The translations under genes were made by a program, and so were the position numbers. Under the pieces are notes generated by a model that was not told the origin of the DNA, searched no databases, and saw only the letters and a program-made list of their open reading frames with translations. From Schizochytrium sp. TIO01 (taxonomy: Eukaryota > Protista > Bigyra: Labyrinthulomycetes), in the NCBI GenBank assembly GCA_004764695.1, contig SMSO01000014.1, forward strand, positions 5,694,029-5,758,028: a stretch of DNA of 64,000 bases. The letters run 5' to 3'. Numbering within the stretch: position 1 is the first letter of the stretch; every line of letters starts with the position of its first letter. Shown here piece after piece: positions 33,086 through 46,178 of the stretch.

Positions 33086-36000
33086 GGTGGTGACTATCCC
33101 TTCTCTACTTCTTTCTCTTCTTTATATTTTGAGCAATTTGAGGTTTGCCAACCTCTAATGACTTTCACTTGTGACTAGTTCGATTTGATTTTCACAAAAC
33201 ACTGACATTCCTGCTCGGAACTACTAACTAGGTAGGTAGCATTACGTATGTCAATGTTGAAAAACCAAAAAGTCGTAAGAAAAGAAAAAGAAGAAAACTA
33301 GCACTAGCTTAAGCACTCGTGAACCTGAAGGTAGACCGGCGGTCGACTGCAGCGGTCTTCAGAGTGAGTCAAAGTCGAGCTATCGATAAATACTGTAAGA
33401 TCTCTTAGTCAACAAACCTTTCACTACGCAGCATTTATCATTATCATTGGTAGCCTATTATGTTAATTTATTTTATTAAAGCTCTTTTTTTTTCTTTTTT
33501 TTAATTTGAAAAGTGTTGGATGATGTAAAAAATGTGCTACAACTGACTCAGGTGCTACTATTGCTCCTATATTATTGTTACATGGCCTGAGCCACTCAGA
33601 AAGGTTTACTACTCTAGGTAGGTAGATACCTATCTAAAAGAAAAACAAAAAGAGAGACGCTACTAATTTTTAAATAAAAGTAAATTAATATATTCTTTAG
33701 CGTGTTCTTTAGCCTGATAAATCGAAAAACTTGCTTTTTTATAATTCAACATACTGACGAAGCACTCGCTCGTCGTAGGGCTATGCGCAATCCGAAACTC
33801 AGGTATAGAATTACAAGCTCAAATGTGATTCAAATCGATAGAAAAAACTATGGAGAATTTAATAAACAACCCAGTTGATCCTCAAGCTCGCTCACAGTAA
33901 TGAGAGGAACACACTACCATCATTCGTCTCGATTAGTCTCACGCGCTCGTTGTCAGATACTACACCTAGCAACCTCAGGCCTGCAGTTTGTGAGACTTTA
34001 TACCCTTAAAAAATAAAATGTACTTGGTGATAAAGGAGTGGTTGCCTGCTACTGCTCAGTAAGAGGGATGCTGATCAATATCCCCCGTTGCGCAAACTCT
34101 TGGCGCCAGATCAAGTATCTCTAGTATGGTTGGTAGCAGAATGTAAAACTTGTCATAAATAAATCCTACTCTTCAATTATAATGTTTATATATTATTTCA
34201 AGAATGTTTCTTAAACATCAAAACTATTTTAATAATAAAAATAGTAAAAATAATGAAAGGACTGTATGAATATGAATTTGATAGGAGCCTCTAACTCCCT
34301 AGTGGGTATGCTAGTCCTACCTAGGTTCACCTGAGATCCTGATTGAACTCTTTTTAGAAGCATAAAAATAGTTGCTAGATATACTTATCACAGATAGGAC
34401 CTAGGTAGCAGCAACTCGTTAATCATAGTAGTATCATAGTTCATAATGTGCCAATCGCTCTGCGTATGTAACATTTGGGCGAGCGAACAAAATACCTCTA
34501 GTCGGAACAAGGTTCTCTGAGTAAAGCTAGCTAATTACAACTCCAGGATCATTTCGTCTGCCAGCGTTGCAGCCAACTCGATTATCCTATGTACTGCCTA
34601 ACATGATCGCAGCTTCGGAAGTCTACTTTATGAAGTTCTTAGTTGAATCCAGCAAGTCGTCAAGCCGTCATCTATTCGGGAACTAATGAACCTGGGCGTG
34701 GCAGATATTCCTAGTACTACTAAGTCGAGAATATTCGTTTCAGAGGTCATGGCCCAAAAGTTTTGTGCCGTAAACTACTGCTAAATACCTACTGGGTAGA
34801 GGGTGCTAATGCCGATATAAGGAGTGTTACTTCTCAGTAGCAGTTTTGGTTACTGCCAATGTAGCATATTTCTTTTTTCTCCTGAGAGACGTCATTTTCT
34901 AAGTTTGACTCCATTCGTTTTATACACTTTACCCAATATTGCCAAATAGTCTTTTCATTCATGCTCATCAACAGTTAGAACATATTCTGTGCACCGATAA
35001 TCAAAAGGTAGGTAGGTATCACGGTAACTGGAAACCTCGTCGTTTTCGTGGTATTCTTGCATCTTGCCGCATACTTCTTGCAACCAGATTAGACCAAAAC
35101 GAGAAGCCCTGTTATTTGTGATGATGTCTAATGAACTCTTCTAATTAGATTCCCACTAAACCCCAACTGGATAGGAATTGACGCTGTCTATATCCTCTGT
35201 TTTAGAATAAGGGAGTCGAAGCATATGATGGCTCGCAGGAAACTTTTTCCCTAAGCTAATGCCCATAGCAGCTAAAAGTAGAACGGGGCTTGGCTATGTT
35301 ATCTACAAAAAAAGTACTACTACCACAAGATGGAAGGGCAGGATATGGGATGATTTAGAATGAGCATAGGTACGGTCCGCCAGTATTAACTGGGGGCAAC
35401 ATATAACCTGTACTACAAAAACTACGCATTATCTACATTACAAAAGTTCCACTCTCACCAGTCAGGCTGATGCGCCTTTAAAAATCTTTTACTTGAGTGT
35501 TTACTCAAGTAAGAACATAGGGTATTGCTTATGCAAAACTTGAAGAAATTTGAACTTCTGTATACATGTACCAAAATAGAGATGAGAAGAAATCTACAAG
35601 AGAAAGTTCCAAATATTCAAATCTCTGACATGAAATCTTAATCTTATCATGTTACACTATCAGTCCTTCTATATGGCTAAAAAGCCAAGTCAAAACACGT
35701 GTAATGTCTAGGATTGTAAGCAATTGTAGAGATCAGTAAGAGCTTTTCTAGGTACTATTTTCTTTTGACAAAGGAATTTGATATAAAAAACTCATTACTA
35801 TCGCAAAAGAAGTTTTTCTTCGTTTTGTAAATAAGCACAACGCCACGCCGTCGAAGTTCAACCTATGGATTCACTCTGGATGAAATCTAACGATTCTACT
35901 TCATCATAGTTTTCTTTCGAGGTGAGGAGGATGCTCAACCTGAAAAGTCTCAAGGTTGTTTTTTGGGAAATGACTGATGCTCTATACATGAGAATGTTAC

Positions 36001-38054
36001 ATCCACTCTCATAAGTCAGAGGCTATTTCTAAAACTCCAAGTCGAAACTCAAGCATATTACTCATAAAGCGCTATATCTTGAATAAATGCACTGGTACTA
36101 TTGTAAATTGAATACCTGATTACCAATGCGTTTCACTCAAGTAAACAGCTTCTAAGAGGTAGCCTCTGTTTAGTGAGAGTGCCTCAACACAATGGGATGA
36201 GCGGTATGTTGGGACTTGAACTTCAACTAAAGTAGAAGAAGTGATAGCACTAGCCTGTAACGGCAGAGAGTGCCTTTTAAGAATCTCAAAGTGGAGCTTT
36301 TGGCAAAGTGTAAAACAAAACGATAGTGCAATCGAAGCAATTATGTCAAAGCTTAATCAATCAGTGGGAAATACCACTAGAGCAGTTCTGAACATGGATT
36401 TTAAAATTCTAAAGATGTTCGCACAATCTTTTATTAGAAAAGGATAAACCAAGAAAAAGTTTACAGAATGCTGTTGCTTGCAGCATATGTGTATGTCAGA
36501 AGCGACTCCGCTCTAACGCAGCTAATATTTGTTTGGGCAGTTTTGATTATTGCATTCTTAGTGCCGTTGTTTCTACCAATTTTTGGGTGGGAGTTTTTAA
36601 ACATGCTACTAAATGATCAAAATTTCAACATTAATTTTCTAAATCACGCCGGTGGAGGTAATCCTACCTTGTCCTAACATTTCTTTTGGTTCTTTGGTCA
36701 CCCTGAAGACCTAGGTAAACAGGTTTCAGGCATATCAATAATTAAAGGCCTAAAATAGGGCCTAATCGTTCTTTTTTAAACAGTGAAATGGTGGGAAATC
36801 CTACTTCAACAAAGTCGGTCTCTTGATCACCCCAGCCAGAGTCGCTGGAATTGAGTTGGCGCTCTGTGCCCGATACCTGGCTTGTAACTTTCAGACCGTC
36901 AAGTCTGCATAAAATGTAAACGCTCTACTTTTTAAACCCCTACCACATGAAAGAGAAGCTTGTGCCGCAAGTATGGCAACCGCTCATAGAGAAGCCGAGA
37001 TCAGTTCTTTCCTTGGAAGACGACGACACAGCAATTCTCAGAGGAACTTTTATGGGTGCGACCGAGATGTCTTGAGCACATTATGGCTTCGAGGTCCTTT
37101 CAAAGCATTTACACGAAAAGTGGCGACTATTGCAGTGCTTATCCTTTTGTGCCTAGTACTTCTCCTTCATTAGTTGGTCATCATGTTTCTTTCCTTGTCT
37201 TCTCATCGCAAACTCAGCAAGACCTTCGTGTCGGTGCCTTTATGAAATACCATCAATTTCAAGGACCTTGCAAGCTCAAAGCTTATATATAGTAGCTTAC
37301 TTGGATTTTTATACAACTGTATGCTGTTCACACGAATTCCAAAGTTTACCTGCATGGTTCACATATCCATCTGATGCGAATGTATATTTGTTGAGTTTAT
37401 GCTTATGCGACAAGGCGTGACTTCTTGAGCTAGGCACCTTCGTTAGTTAGGGGGGTTCTTCACAATCCATCTGCTTGGATAGAAACACAAAGCTTCATTA
37501 CTTTGTTTTAATTAAAATAAATAAAAAATATATGGACCCATTTTATTCCTAAATTTTAACCAAGTTGATATGCATAAGTTTCTTACTGTACGCTTCGCAA
37601 ACCAAGATTCTTGGCGAGATATGTACTCTTCTGGCAAGGAGTTCATGAAATAAACTTGTTGAGCACATGAACTTTGAGAATAGGTAGTACCTACCTACAG
37701 TATTCGGACTAACAGTTAGCACTATCTAGAATCACTAGTAATCAGAGAGAGAGAGAAGAAATATCTTCAACGGCAAGTCTCTCATTGAGTCATATTCGTT
37801 CAACTGTCTCCGCCACGCAGGAGTCTTACTGGTAATCTCCAATTTCCAGGCAAGCGATATCTCTGCCGTCTCAGCTCGTAGCATCTTGGTGTTCGTCTCC
37901 TTGTCACACTCGTGACAGTCGCCTTCTCGGTTTAAACCAGTTGCTCTCCCCCCATCCACGCTGCACGCCATTGCCGACCGACTCAAAGGGTACCAGTTGT
38001 AGTCAGCCACCCTAGCAACTTGAGCCGCCCACTTTGTCTTTGCAAAACCCAACT

Positions 38055-40639
38055 ATGGCGCTTCCCGCGTCGAGCGGGAATATCAGCTTGGCTTTAAGAA
38101 AAATGCGGTCAGGGACCCAATCTATAAAGTAAGTATGCAAGTATTTCACCAGAGCGCTCCTCACTAGATCTAGCTCCTCTTTTCATGAACCGCGTACACG
38201 GTGCTTGAGAGGGGTACTTGAAAGGAAGATGGGGATGATAAAGAAGAAAGCAATTATGGACAAAATGAAATCAAATGACACATATACTCACATGTCGATT
38301 ACAGTCTTTACCACCACCGAATCGGGATCGAAGATGCTAAAACGCTGGCACAAGAAGTCCAAACCAATTTGAACTTAAAATCTCTTTTGTAAGTTGACTA
38401 TCCGATATTATTTTTGCAGCCCTTTTAATTCTTATAACGAAGGAAAAACAAAATGCTACAACAGAATCCTGACTTTCAGATTTGTCTGAATTATTTCCTA
38501 CAGTCTCTTTCACAATCAGCTCGGGGATGAGGGCGTTTGTATTCTTGCTACAGCGCTTGCTGCAAATGAAGTCCTCACAGAGCTGAAGTAAGTTAAACAT
38601 TCACGCATTCAAACATTTAGAGTCATTTTCGTAAACTGACACAACACAAAGTCTGACATGGAACGAAATAGGTGCGAAAGGTGCCTCTTTCTTAGCCAAC
38701 TTATTGCGTCAGAATCATTCTTTAACAATGCTGAAGTACGTTGATGACACCCCATAGACCTTTGGAAAAATACGCCCTCTCCCTAACACGTGCTACATTG
38801 TTTCATTACAGCCTCGAGAAAAACATCATTGGCAAAGAAGGCGCCAAAGCGCTTGCAAGCGCGCTAAAAGCATCTGTCACGCTACAAGAACTAAAGTAAG
38901 TCACGAAGGATGCATTTATCAAACCAACATGCAATCAGAATTCTCACCAGGTTAATGCAGTTTGCGAAATGCTGAATTAAGGGATGAAGGGGCTGCAAAT
39001 TTGATTGCATTGAGCGAAAATCGTTCATTGCATGTACTCAAGTAAGTTCAAAACTTTAATGTACTCATTCCATGACAGGCTGAAATAACAATGTTAGTAT
39101 CTTGGGATGTTGGAGTGATTGTTTGCTCATTCTCCTGTCCTAAAAATTGATATGGATAATAGTCTTACAGCGAACCACATATCGGCCGAAGGTGCTAAAG
39201 CAATTGGCGAAATTCTTTCAAAAGGTTCAATCCTGAGAAATCTTAATTTGCAAAGCAATGATTTGGGATCTTCTGGTGCAGAAGCACTCGCAGAAGCTCT
39301 AGGGTGCAATTCGTCTCTCGAAAATTTGAACTTATACCAGAACAATATAGGAGATGTAGGAGCTTCCGCAATTGCAAGGGTACTACGAATAAACTCAACA
39401 TTAGCCGTTCTAGACCTACAGGCAAACAACATTTCTGACAAAGGTTGCATTGCAATTGCTATGGCACTCCAAGCGCAACCATCTGGTCAAGGTTTGCAGA
39501 CATTAATCCTAAAATGCAACAGCATATCTGAAACCGGTTGCTTGACGCTAGCCAGTGCTCTCTCTAGCAATACAAAGAACCTACGTGAGCTTGATTTAAG
39601 CTTTAATCCTCTCGAGTTCAAAGGAGTGTGCGCAATCGCAGAAGCTCTTAAGGTAAACTCGTCCCTTTCAACCCTCAGACTACAAAGCGCAAATCTAAGC
39701 GCAGAAGGGGTAATGCAACTAGCTCCTGCACTCGAAATAAATAATGTCCTAGCACTCCTTGATCTGCGCGCCAATAGACTTGGTGACAAGGTGGCATGTG
39801 CTCTCGCAAAAGCATTGACTAGTAATTCCAGCATGGCACATCTTGACTTAAGTTTTACAAATCTTGGGGATGTCGGTGCGCAATCTCTCGGCTCGATGCT
39901 GTCTGAGAGCTGTAAAAAGTCAGGGCTTCGAATTCTCAAACTTGCTGGTAACCGAATTGGTCCAGTGGGTGCCCAAGCCCTCCAAATTGGACAGAATCGT
40001 ACACTTCTACATCTAGACCTGAGTCGAAACCATCTCGGAGATGATGGCATGCAAGCTATAGCGGTTTCGTTACAACAGAACCAGCATCTCCAGGGTTTGC
40101 GTTTGGCGAGCAATTCGGTTCAAGGGGCCGGTGTTTTGTGCTTGAAAAACTATCTTTTCGGGACTACAACGTTGCAGGAGCTTAATCTCTATGGTAATGA
40201 GATCGGCATTCATGGGATGAACGCCCTGGCAGATGCTTTGCAAGTTAATCAGTCTCTTGTTAGCTTGACTCTTCGACGAGACAACCTCAACGATTCTGAA
40301 CCACAGAAACTTGAACTCATTTACGAGAATGTACATTTGAATAGAGAGCTGCAAAATCTTACTCAGCAGGTGAGAAGTCGCCAGCAAGCACTGAAAGAGT
40401 TTGGTGCTGCAGTGGTCATAGCACAGTGCTTTGGGCTGCCATTTCAGGAGTCTCGTCGTAAGTCGCGCTGCATTCACTTTCATCCACCTGAAACATCTGA
40501 TTGTAGCAAAGTTAGCGCACATAAACAAGAGAGTATTCGAAAAACCCAGCAGGAATTGCGTGAACTGGATGACAAAATCCATACGATGGCTCGTATGCTG
40601 GGCACCCCAATTCTATCTTCCTACTTGCTTGATAATTGA
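38055..40639 (+). CDS. RI-like LRR protein, ~655 aa, paralog of the array gene
   Basis: Exons: 38055-38128 (MALPASSGNISLALRKMRSGTQSI+AA), 38305-38388, 38504-38587, 38652-38735, 38812-38895 (84 nt each), 38961-39041 (81 nt) and 39163-40639. All introns are GT-AG, phase 2. About 18-19 LxLxxNxIGxxG repeats; the last ~13 lie in one exon. Confidence 0.88.
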
Positions 40640-41314
40640 ATATTCAGCAAATGCTCCTTTTTTGTTTAATTCAGGATCTCTTTATGCTGTTGTGATTGCA
40701 TAGCTGCAAACATGTTCTCTCTATGAAAAGAAAAGCTTTGTAAGTCTCGCAATAATATCACCCACAACTTCAATCCCAACCAATGTAAGGCTTCGCAATC
40801 ACTTTTGACGTTTCCCCATGGTGCAACCTTGAACCTTTCTGTTTCTACATTATTCATCTAGATGATCCACCACCATACCATTCCTCAATTCTTCATACTT
40901 CTGCTATGGAAATTGTGCATGGAACCAGGGGATGCAAACACATAGTAGTATCTCTCTTGGCAAAGAGTAAAGGTTTTCTCTTGTACATCAAAATCTATCA
41001 GTGGTAGGTACGAAGTTAATCAATTTGAATGATAGTCTGTGCTTTTAAAACAAAGTTCTTATGGGTAAGTAGTACCTACTAATAAAAGTGCTAACGTGAG
41101 TTTTAAGATTGATCGAGCTTTGGCTAATAGAGAGTAATGAGAGCTTATAAAAACCGTCAAGTGAAATCAGGTCAGTCATTGCATTTTTTGGGGATGGAAA
41201 GCTAAAACCCCCAACCCAAACCCAAACAATTGACGCGCTGGGAGTCTTGGTGATTGGGGGTGCTTAAAGGCTTTGGGACGAGACTAAAGCGCACAGGGTC
41301 AGCTGTACGGCAGA

Positions 41315-42868
41315 ATGGGAGACGCCGAATTAAAAGTGACTTCAACGCGAAATCCAGGGGCAGAGGCGTGGGCAAGGGCAAATTCAGGAGCGACAGCCGA
41401 GACAACAGAGACGACAACAGGGGAGGAAAACCCCGTTGCGGTGTCCTGGACAAAACTATTGCAGGACTACGAGTCTGCGCATGCAATTCGTGGCGAAATT
41501 GACGCTAATCATGAAGTGCTTCGTCGGCTAGAACAAATTTTTGCCGAGCGACGTGAGGCTGCGAGTAAAAGAGACGCCAGTTTGCAGCGGATTCCACGCT
41601 TTCACTTTCATCGCAAGAATCTTGAAGGAGGGGGGCAAATGTCGGACACTGCACAAAGACTGATCCGTCGGATTGCGCGACATCAATTTGCACAAAGAAC
41701 TAAAGCCACAGGACTTTTGGACGATGATGTACACCAAATGTATGAGCTTCTTGCCACACACAACAGTGGTCCCTTCCCGGACAGCACCGAGGTGGATGAA
41801 GCTTTTAGTGGACGAATCAATTACGACGACTTCTGCTCAGTTCGTTCTTTGCTCCCTGCTCAGTTTGCACGGTTCTTCCAGGCTGACACATTTTGCAAAT
41901 TTCGTCGTGATGAATGGGGCCGCATAAGTACCCAACTTTTTTTTCAATATGTCTGCCGTCACATCACGCTGCAGCAGACTCGCGCTCAGCTTGCATTGTA
42001 CGACTCTCATGGTGATGGATACCTCCGTGAGCAAGATATGGAGAATTACATATACGAGCTCATTCCCACTCTTGAAGCGCTTGAAGATCTCCAGGAGAAT
42101 TTTTACCCATTCTATGTCTTTACAGCTGTACGCAAGTTCTTTTTCTTCCTTGATGCCCGTCGAATGGGGCGCATTGCACTTCGTGAACTAATCACCTCTC
42201 CGATATTGCACGAGCTTCTGCATCTACAAAATGCACCACAAGACGAGGACATTGACTTTAATTGGTTTTCAGCTCACAATACCTTGCGAGTTTATAGTCA
42301 ATATCTTGAACTCGACATTGATCACAATGGCATGTTGAACCGCTCAGAGATCCAGGGTTATGGTACTGGGTCTCTCACATCGGCTTTTATTGATCGCGTA
42401 TTTGAGGAGTGTCTTACTTATGATGGCGAAATTGATTATAAGGCTTTCCTTGATTTCGTCCTGGCAATGGAAACGAAAAAGTCCCCTCAGTCACTTGCAT
42501 ACTTTTTTCGTTTACTCGATGTACGCAAACAGACATACCTTGATCGTTTTAGTATCCGTTTCTTCTTTTCTGAAATTGTTCAGCGTCTTCGCGAGCTGGA
42601 TGGAGGTGGTGTTGATGCTGATGTTGTTCGAGTTGACGATGTTTGTGACGAGATCTTCGACATGTGCAATCCAAAGGACCCTTCACGGATCACTTTGGCT
42701 GACCTGGTGCGGTCCGGTGTCGGGGACACTATTGTGACTATGCTCACAGACTTATCAGGTTTTTGGGCTTACGATAATCGCGAGCATCTGATTGCAGAGG
42801 AGGCTCGTGAGGAGGCGGAACAACGTGCTTTGGCTGAGCAAAACGAGTTGCTCGAGGAGCAAGGATGA
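41315..42868 (+). CDS. PPP2R3C: PP2A regulatory subunit B'' gamma (TON2/FASS-like)
   Basis: 517 aa with EF-hands and the motifs FYVFTAVRKFFFFLD, NWFSAHNTLRVYSQYLELDIDHNGML and GFWAYDNRE. Confidence 0.92.
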   Translation: MGDAELKVTSTRNPGAEAWARANSGATAETTETTTGEENPVAVSWTKLLQDYESAHAIRGEIDANHEVLRRLEQIFAERREAASKRDASLQRIPRFHFHRKNLEGGGQMSDTAQRLIRRIARHQFAQRTKATGLLDDDVHQMYELLATHNSGPFPDSTEVDEAFSGRINYDDFCSVRSLLPAQFARFFQADTFCKFRRDEWGRISTQLFFQYVCRHITLQQTRAQLALYDSHGDGYLREQDMENYIYELIPTLEALEDLQENFYPFYVFTAVRKFFFFLDARRMGRIALRELITSPILHELLHLQNAPQDEDIDFNWFSAHNTLRVYSQYLELDIDHNGMLNRSEIQGYGTGSLTSAFIDRVFEECLTYDGEIDYKAFLDFVLAMETKKSPQSLAYFFRLLDVRKQTYLDRFSIRFFFSEIVQRLRELDGGGVDADVVRVDDVCDEIFDMCNPKDPSRITLADLVRSGVGDTIVTMLTDLSGFWAYDNREHLIAEEAREEAEQRALAEQNELLEEQG

Positions 42869-43817
42869 AGTTTTCAGCTTTCTTGGCGCAGAGCTTGTCT
42901 AAATTACATGTATTATATTAAAGAATTTGACCAGGTTTTATTTGCTCTCTAAAACCTTCTGTGTTAGGATTTTATAACCACTTTTTCGCGATAAACGTGT
43001 CACATGCATCTAAACTCAGATATAGAACCCATTTTAAAAGCTGTATTGTAAAAAAGAACAAAAAACGGTGGTGAGTTCTGCCGCCCTACATCAGTCCTTT
43101 ACGATAGTGCCCGCAAACTTATTTCTTCGATAAAACCTACATTTAGCATCAGCTAGCTGTGAGCAAGAGAAGGATTAAGCATATCATGTTTAGCGACAAC
43201 GTTTATTATTCGTTCCCGATTTCTTTGTACAAGAGCCACGCAGAAATAAAGAAATCGGCGCGCTAAAATAGAACTACATGAATAGTTATAGGATTCTTAA
43301 AATTTCCGAATGTCTCTTTTTATAGTCAGAGTTAGAAAGGCATAGTCCTTGCGCGAATAGTTCTTAGTCTCATTCGATTGTAACATGTATTGTGAGTACC
43401 GCATGCGATGGCGTCAAGAATACACAATTTGTCCAAGTAACACTAATTTTGAAAACCTCGACAATTATATCGCTCATTTAGTCTAAGTCATTTCAATTAG
43501 GCGCATCAGCAGGTTATCCATCACCCAAATAACATCAACAACACCGAATCTATATCCTTACTCAATTGCGAAATGTGGGTTGTCACACAAACATTTGCTT
43601 GGTTGCATACGATAAATACTAAATGAACACCGCAGTAGAACCTATGTAACCTACCTCTACGCGACATATTCAAATAGGAGGAGAACTAAAACTATGCATA
43701 TTAATACACATATTTCTTGAGAACCTCACCTCTCTTGGCCAATCACTCATTAGATAACCTGAGGCCAAGGCAGAACCAAAGTTGAGTTGAGTCTACTGTC
43801 CCATCCCCACGCGAGCG

Positions 43818-46178
43818 ATGGGCCCCAAGCCGAATTCCACAGCCTTGGAGGCATCTTCCAAGTCTGTTCATGGTCCTAGCGGGCCTGGTGCTAATCTCCC
43901 TGTGGCGCAAGCCTACGATCTGCTGCTCGAGATGTGTGCCAAGCATGGCACGGTGGTGGTGGTTGGCGAGACCGGCAGTGGCAAGTCCACCCAGATTCCT
44001 CAGTACCTCATGGAACATAGAACTTTCGGCGGCCGCGTGGCTGTCACCCAACCTCGTCGTGTGGCTGCCATGAGCCTTGCGCAGCGTGTTTGCTGGGAAC
44101 GCAAGTGCAAGCTAGGCTCGGTGGTGGGTTATTGTGTCAGATTTGACGACCGCACGTCCCGCAAGACGAGGCTGCGATTCCTCACAGATGGTATGCTACT
44201 TCGTGAGGCGATGCTAGACCCGCAGCTTTTGCGATACTCTGTGGTCATTCTTGATGAGGCACATGAGCGGTCACTCGGCACCGATATCCTCTTTGGTATC
44301 GTTAAACAGGCACAGCGGAAGCGACGCGGAGGTCGTATGCCATTGCGAGTGGTCGTCATGTCGGCTACGCTGGACGTCAAAACCTTCCTGGACTTCTTCA
44401 AGCCGGACCCGATTGAGGACGGGGGTGCAAAGGAGGACCCTTTCGAGAGGCCCGTAGCTATCCACATCCAGGGTCGCCAGTTCGGCGTTGAAACCTTGTA
44501 CACAGAGAACGCCCAGAAAGACTACCTCGATGCAGCAGTGGTAGCAGCATTGCAAGCTCATCTTGACGAGGATCTACCAGGAGATATTCTTGTCTTTCTC
44601 ACTGGTCAAGAAGAAATTGAGTCGTGCGCCGAGCTGCTCGAGGAACGTGCCAAGCGACTCCCAGATGATGCACCTCGACTCTTAGTATGTCCAATGTTCG
44701 CAGCGCTCCCTGCACATGAACAGATGAAGGTCTTTGAGGCTGCCCCTCCTGGGGCACGTAAGTGTGTGCTCGCAACTAACATTGCGGAAACTTCAATCAC
44801 TATTCCTGGGGTACGCATCGTCATTGACACTGGCATGGTGAAAGCCAAGGCGTACTCTGCATCCTCGGGCCTTGAACTCTTACAGGTTGTTCCTATCTCA
44901 CAGGAGCAGGCTTGGCAGAGGACTGGCCGTGCAGGACGTGAAGGCCCTGGCAAGTGCTTTCGGCTCTTTCCTGAGCCCTCTTTTTTCAAGCTGCGGGCAC
45001 GCACGGTGCCCGAAATTAAGAGAGTTGAGCTCTCGCAAGTCGTTCTGCAGCTCATGGTGCTTGGTCTTCGCGACATTCAGAAGTTCGATTTTGTTGAGGC
45101 ACCTCCTCGTGCAGCTCTCTCGCAAGCACTCTTTAACCTTGTCGCACTCGGAGCCGTTGAGATACCATCCCGACATGCAGCAGCTTCCGCAGCCGCCAAA
45201 GAGGACGACCCCGATTCCCGTCTCCCGCGTCTCACCGATCTTGGCAGACGCATGGCTGCTCTGCCCCTGGAGCCTATGCACGCTAAGTTTCTTCTCGACG
45301 CAGCAAAATTTGATTGCACAGAGCAAGCACTCAGTATTGCAGCCATGTGCAGCGTAGAATCTCCCTTCTACACTCCCCGCAACGCACGCCGAGATGCTAT
45401 TGAGGCACATAGCCGCTTCGCTTCCTTCGAAGCTGATCACTTGACTTTACTCAATGTCTACACTGGCTTTAAAGACGCAAAAAATGACAAGGAATGGTGT
45501 AAAGCTTCTTTCCTTAAGTTTGGTACCCTTATTAAGGCGAAGAAGGTCAGGGACCAGCTCGTTTCAATGCTCGAAAAGGTCATTATTGATATTCCCGCGA
45601 CAGCTGCTGCCACACCCTCTATGCAAGAGTCAAATGAAACCGAGAACGTTTTGAAATGTCTCGTTGCTGCCTTTCCTCTTAGAATTGCTCAAAAATTGCC
45701 CCCAGATGGCACTGTGCCAGGTACTCGTTACCGTACGACAACAGAGGGAATCGAAGCACGAATTCATCCTTCTTCGTCACTAGCTCGGCGTGACCCGATG
45801 CCTGATTGGGTTGTTTTCAACGAGCTAGTGCTTACCTCAAAGAAATACCTCAAGATGGTCGCGTCCGTTGAGCAACCCTGGCTCGTCGAGTGTGCACCAC
45901 ATCTTTTCAAACCATCCGCTACGAAAGCCCTGCATAATACTGACTCAGTTATTCCTGGTCAGGCAAAGGTAGACCTTCAGGCACCAAATGAATCCCGACG
46001 GACTTCTTCCCACAGCAAGCCAAACTCTACTAATAAGAAAATGGCTAACTCGAAACATAGCTTAAACACAACCAAACGGAGCACGCCTTTGAAGAAGGTA
46101 TCAGCGAAATCACCGCGACAGGATGACAAGAACGCGGATCGTATTGCGAAACGAAGAGCATTACTCATGTGTGATTAA
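43818..46178 (+). CDS. DEAH-box RNA helicase, DHX33/Dhr2-like
   Basis: GETGSGKST, TQPRRVAA, DEAH, SAT and QRTGRAGRE motifs, followed by HA2 and OB-fold regions. Subfamily is inferred. Confidence 0.9.
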   Translation: MGPKPNSTALEASSKSVHGPSGPGANLPVAQAYDLLLEMCAKHGTVVVVGETGSGKSTQIPQYLMEHRTFGGRVAVTQPRRVAAMSLAQRVCWERKCKLGSVVGYCVRFDDRTSRKTRLRFLTDGMLLREAMLDPQLLRYSVVILDEAHERSLGTDILFGIVKQAQRKRRGGRMPLRVVVMSATLDVKTFLDFFKPDPIEDGGAKEDPFERPVAIHIQGRQFGVETLYTENAQKDYLDAAVVAALQAHLDEDLPGDILVFLTGQEEIESCAELLEERAKRLPDDAPRLLVCPMFAALPAHEQMKVFEAAPPGARKCVLATNIAETSITIPGVRIVIDTGMVKAKAYSASSGLELLQVVPISQEQAWQRTGRAGREGPGKCFRLFPEPSFFKLRARTVPEIKRVELSQVVLQLMVLGLRDIQKFDFVEAPPRAALSQALFNLVALGAVEIPSRHAAASAAAKEDDPDSRLPRLTDLGRRMAALPLEPMHAKFLLDAAKFDCTEQALSIAAMCSVESPFYTPRNARRDAIEAHSRFASFEADHLTLLNVYTGFKDAKNDKEWCKASFLKFGTLIKAKKVRDQLVSMLEKVIIDIPATAAATPSMQESNETENVLKCLVAAFPLRIAQKLPPDGTVPGTRYRTTTEGIEARIHPSSSLARRDPMPDWVVFNELVLTSKKYLKMVASVEQPWLVECAPHLFKPSATKALHNTDSVIPGQAKVDLQAPNESRRTSSHSKPNSTNKKMANSKHSLNTTKRSTPLKKVSAKSPRQDDKNADRIAKRRALLMCD

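Noticed and set aside
32450-33178. 242-aa plus-strand ORF
   Set aside because: Antisense shadow of the GNAT gene with no recognisable motifs.
33200-38000. Short ORFs in the long intergenic stretch (also 15800-18000 and 48400-50900)
   Set aside because: No recognisable motifs or supportable gene models; they may be decayed genes, but I cannot support a call.
39119-39162. ORF-track start of the 506-aa LRR ORF
   Set aside because: It is a TTG within intron 6; the coding exon starts at 39163 and the gene at 38055.
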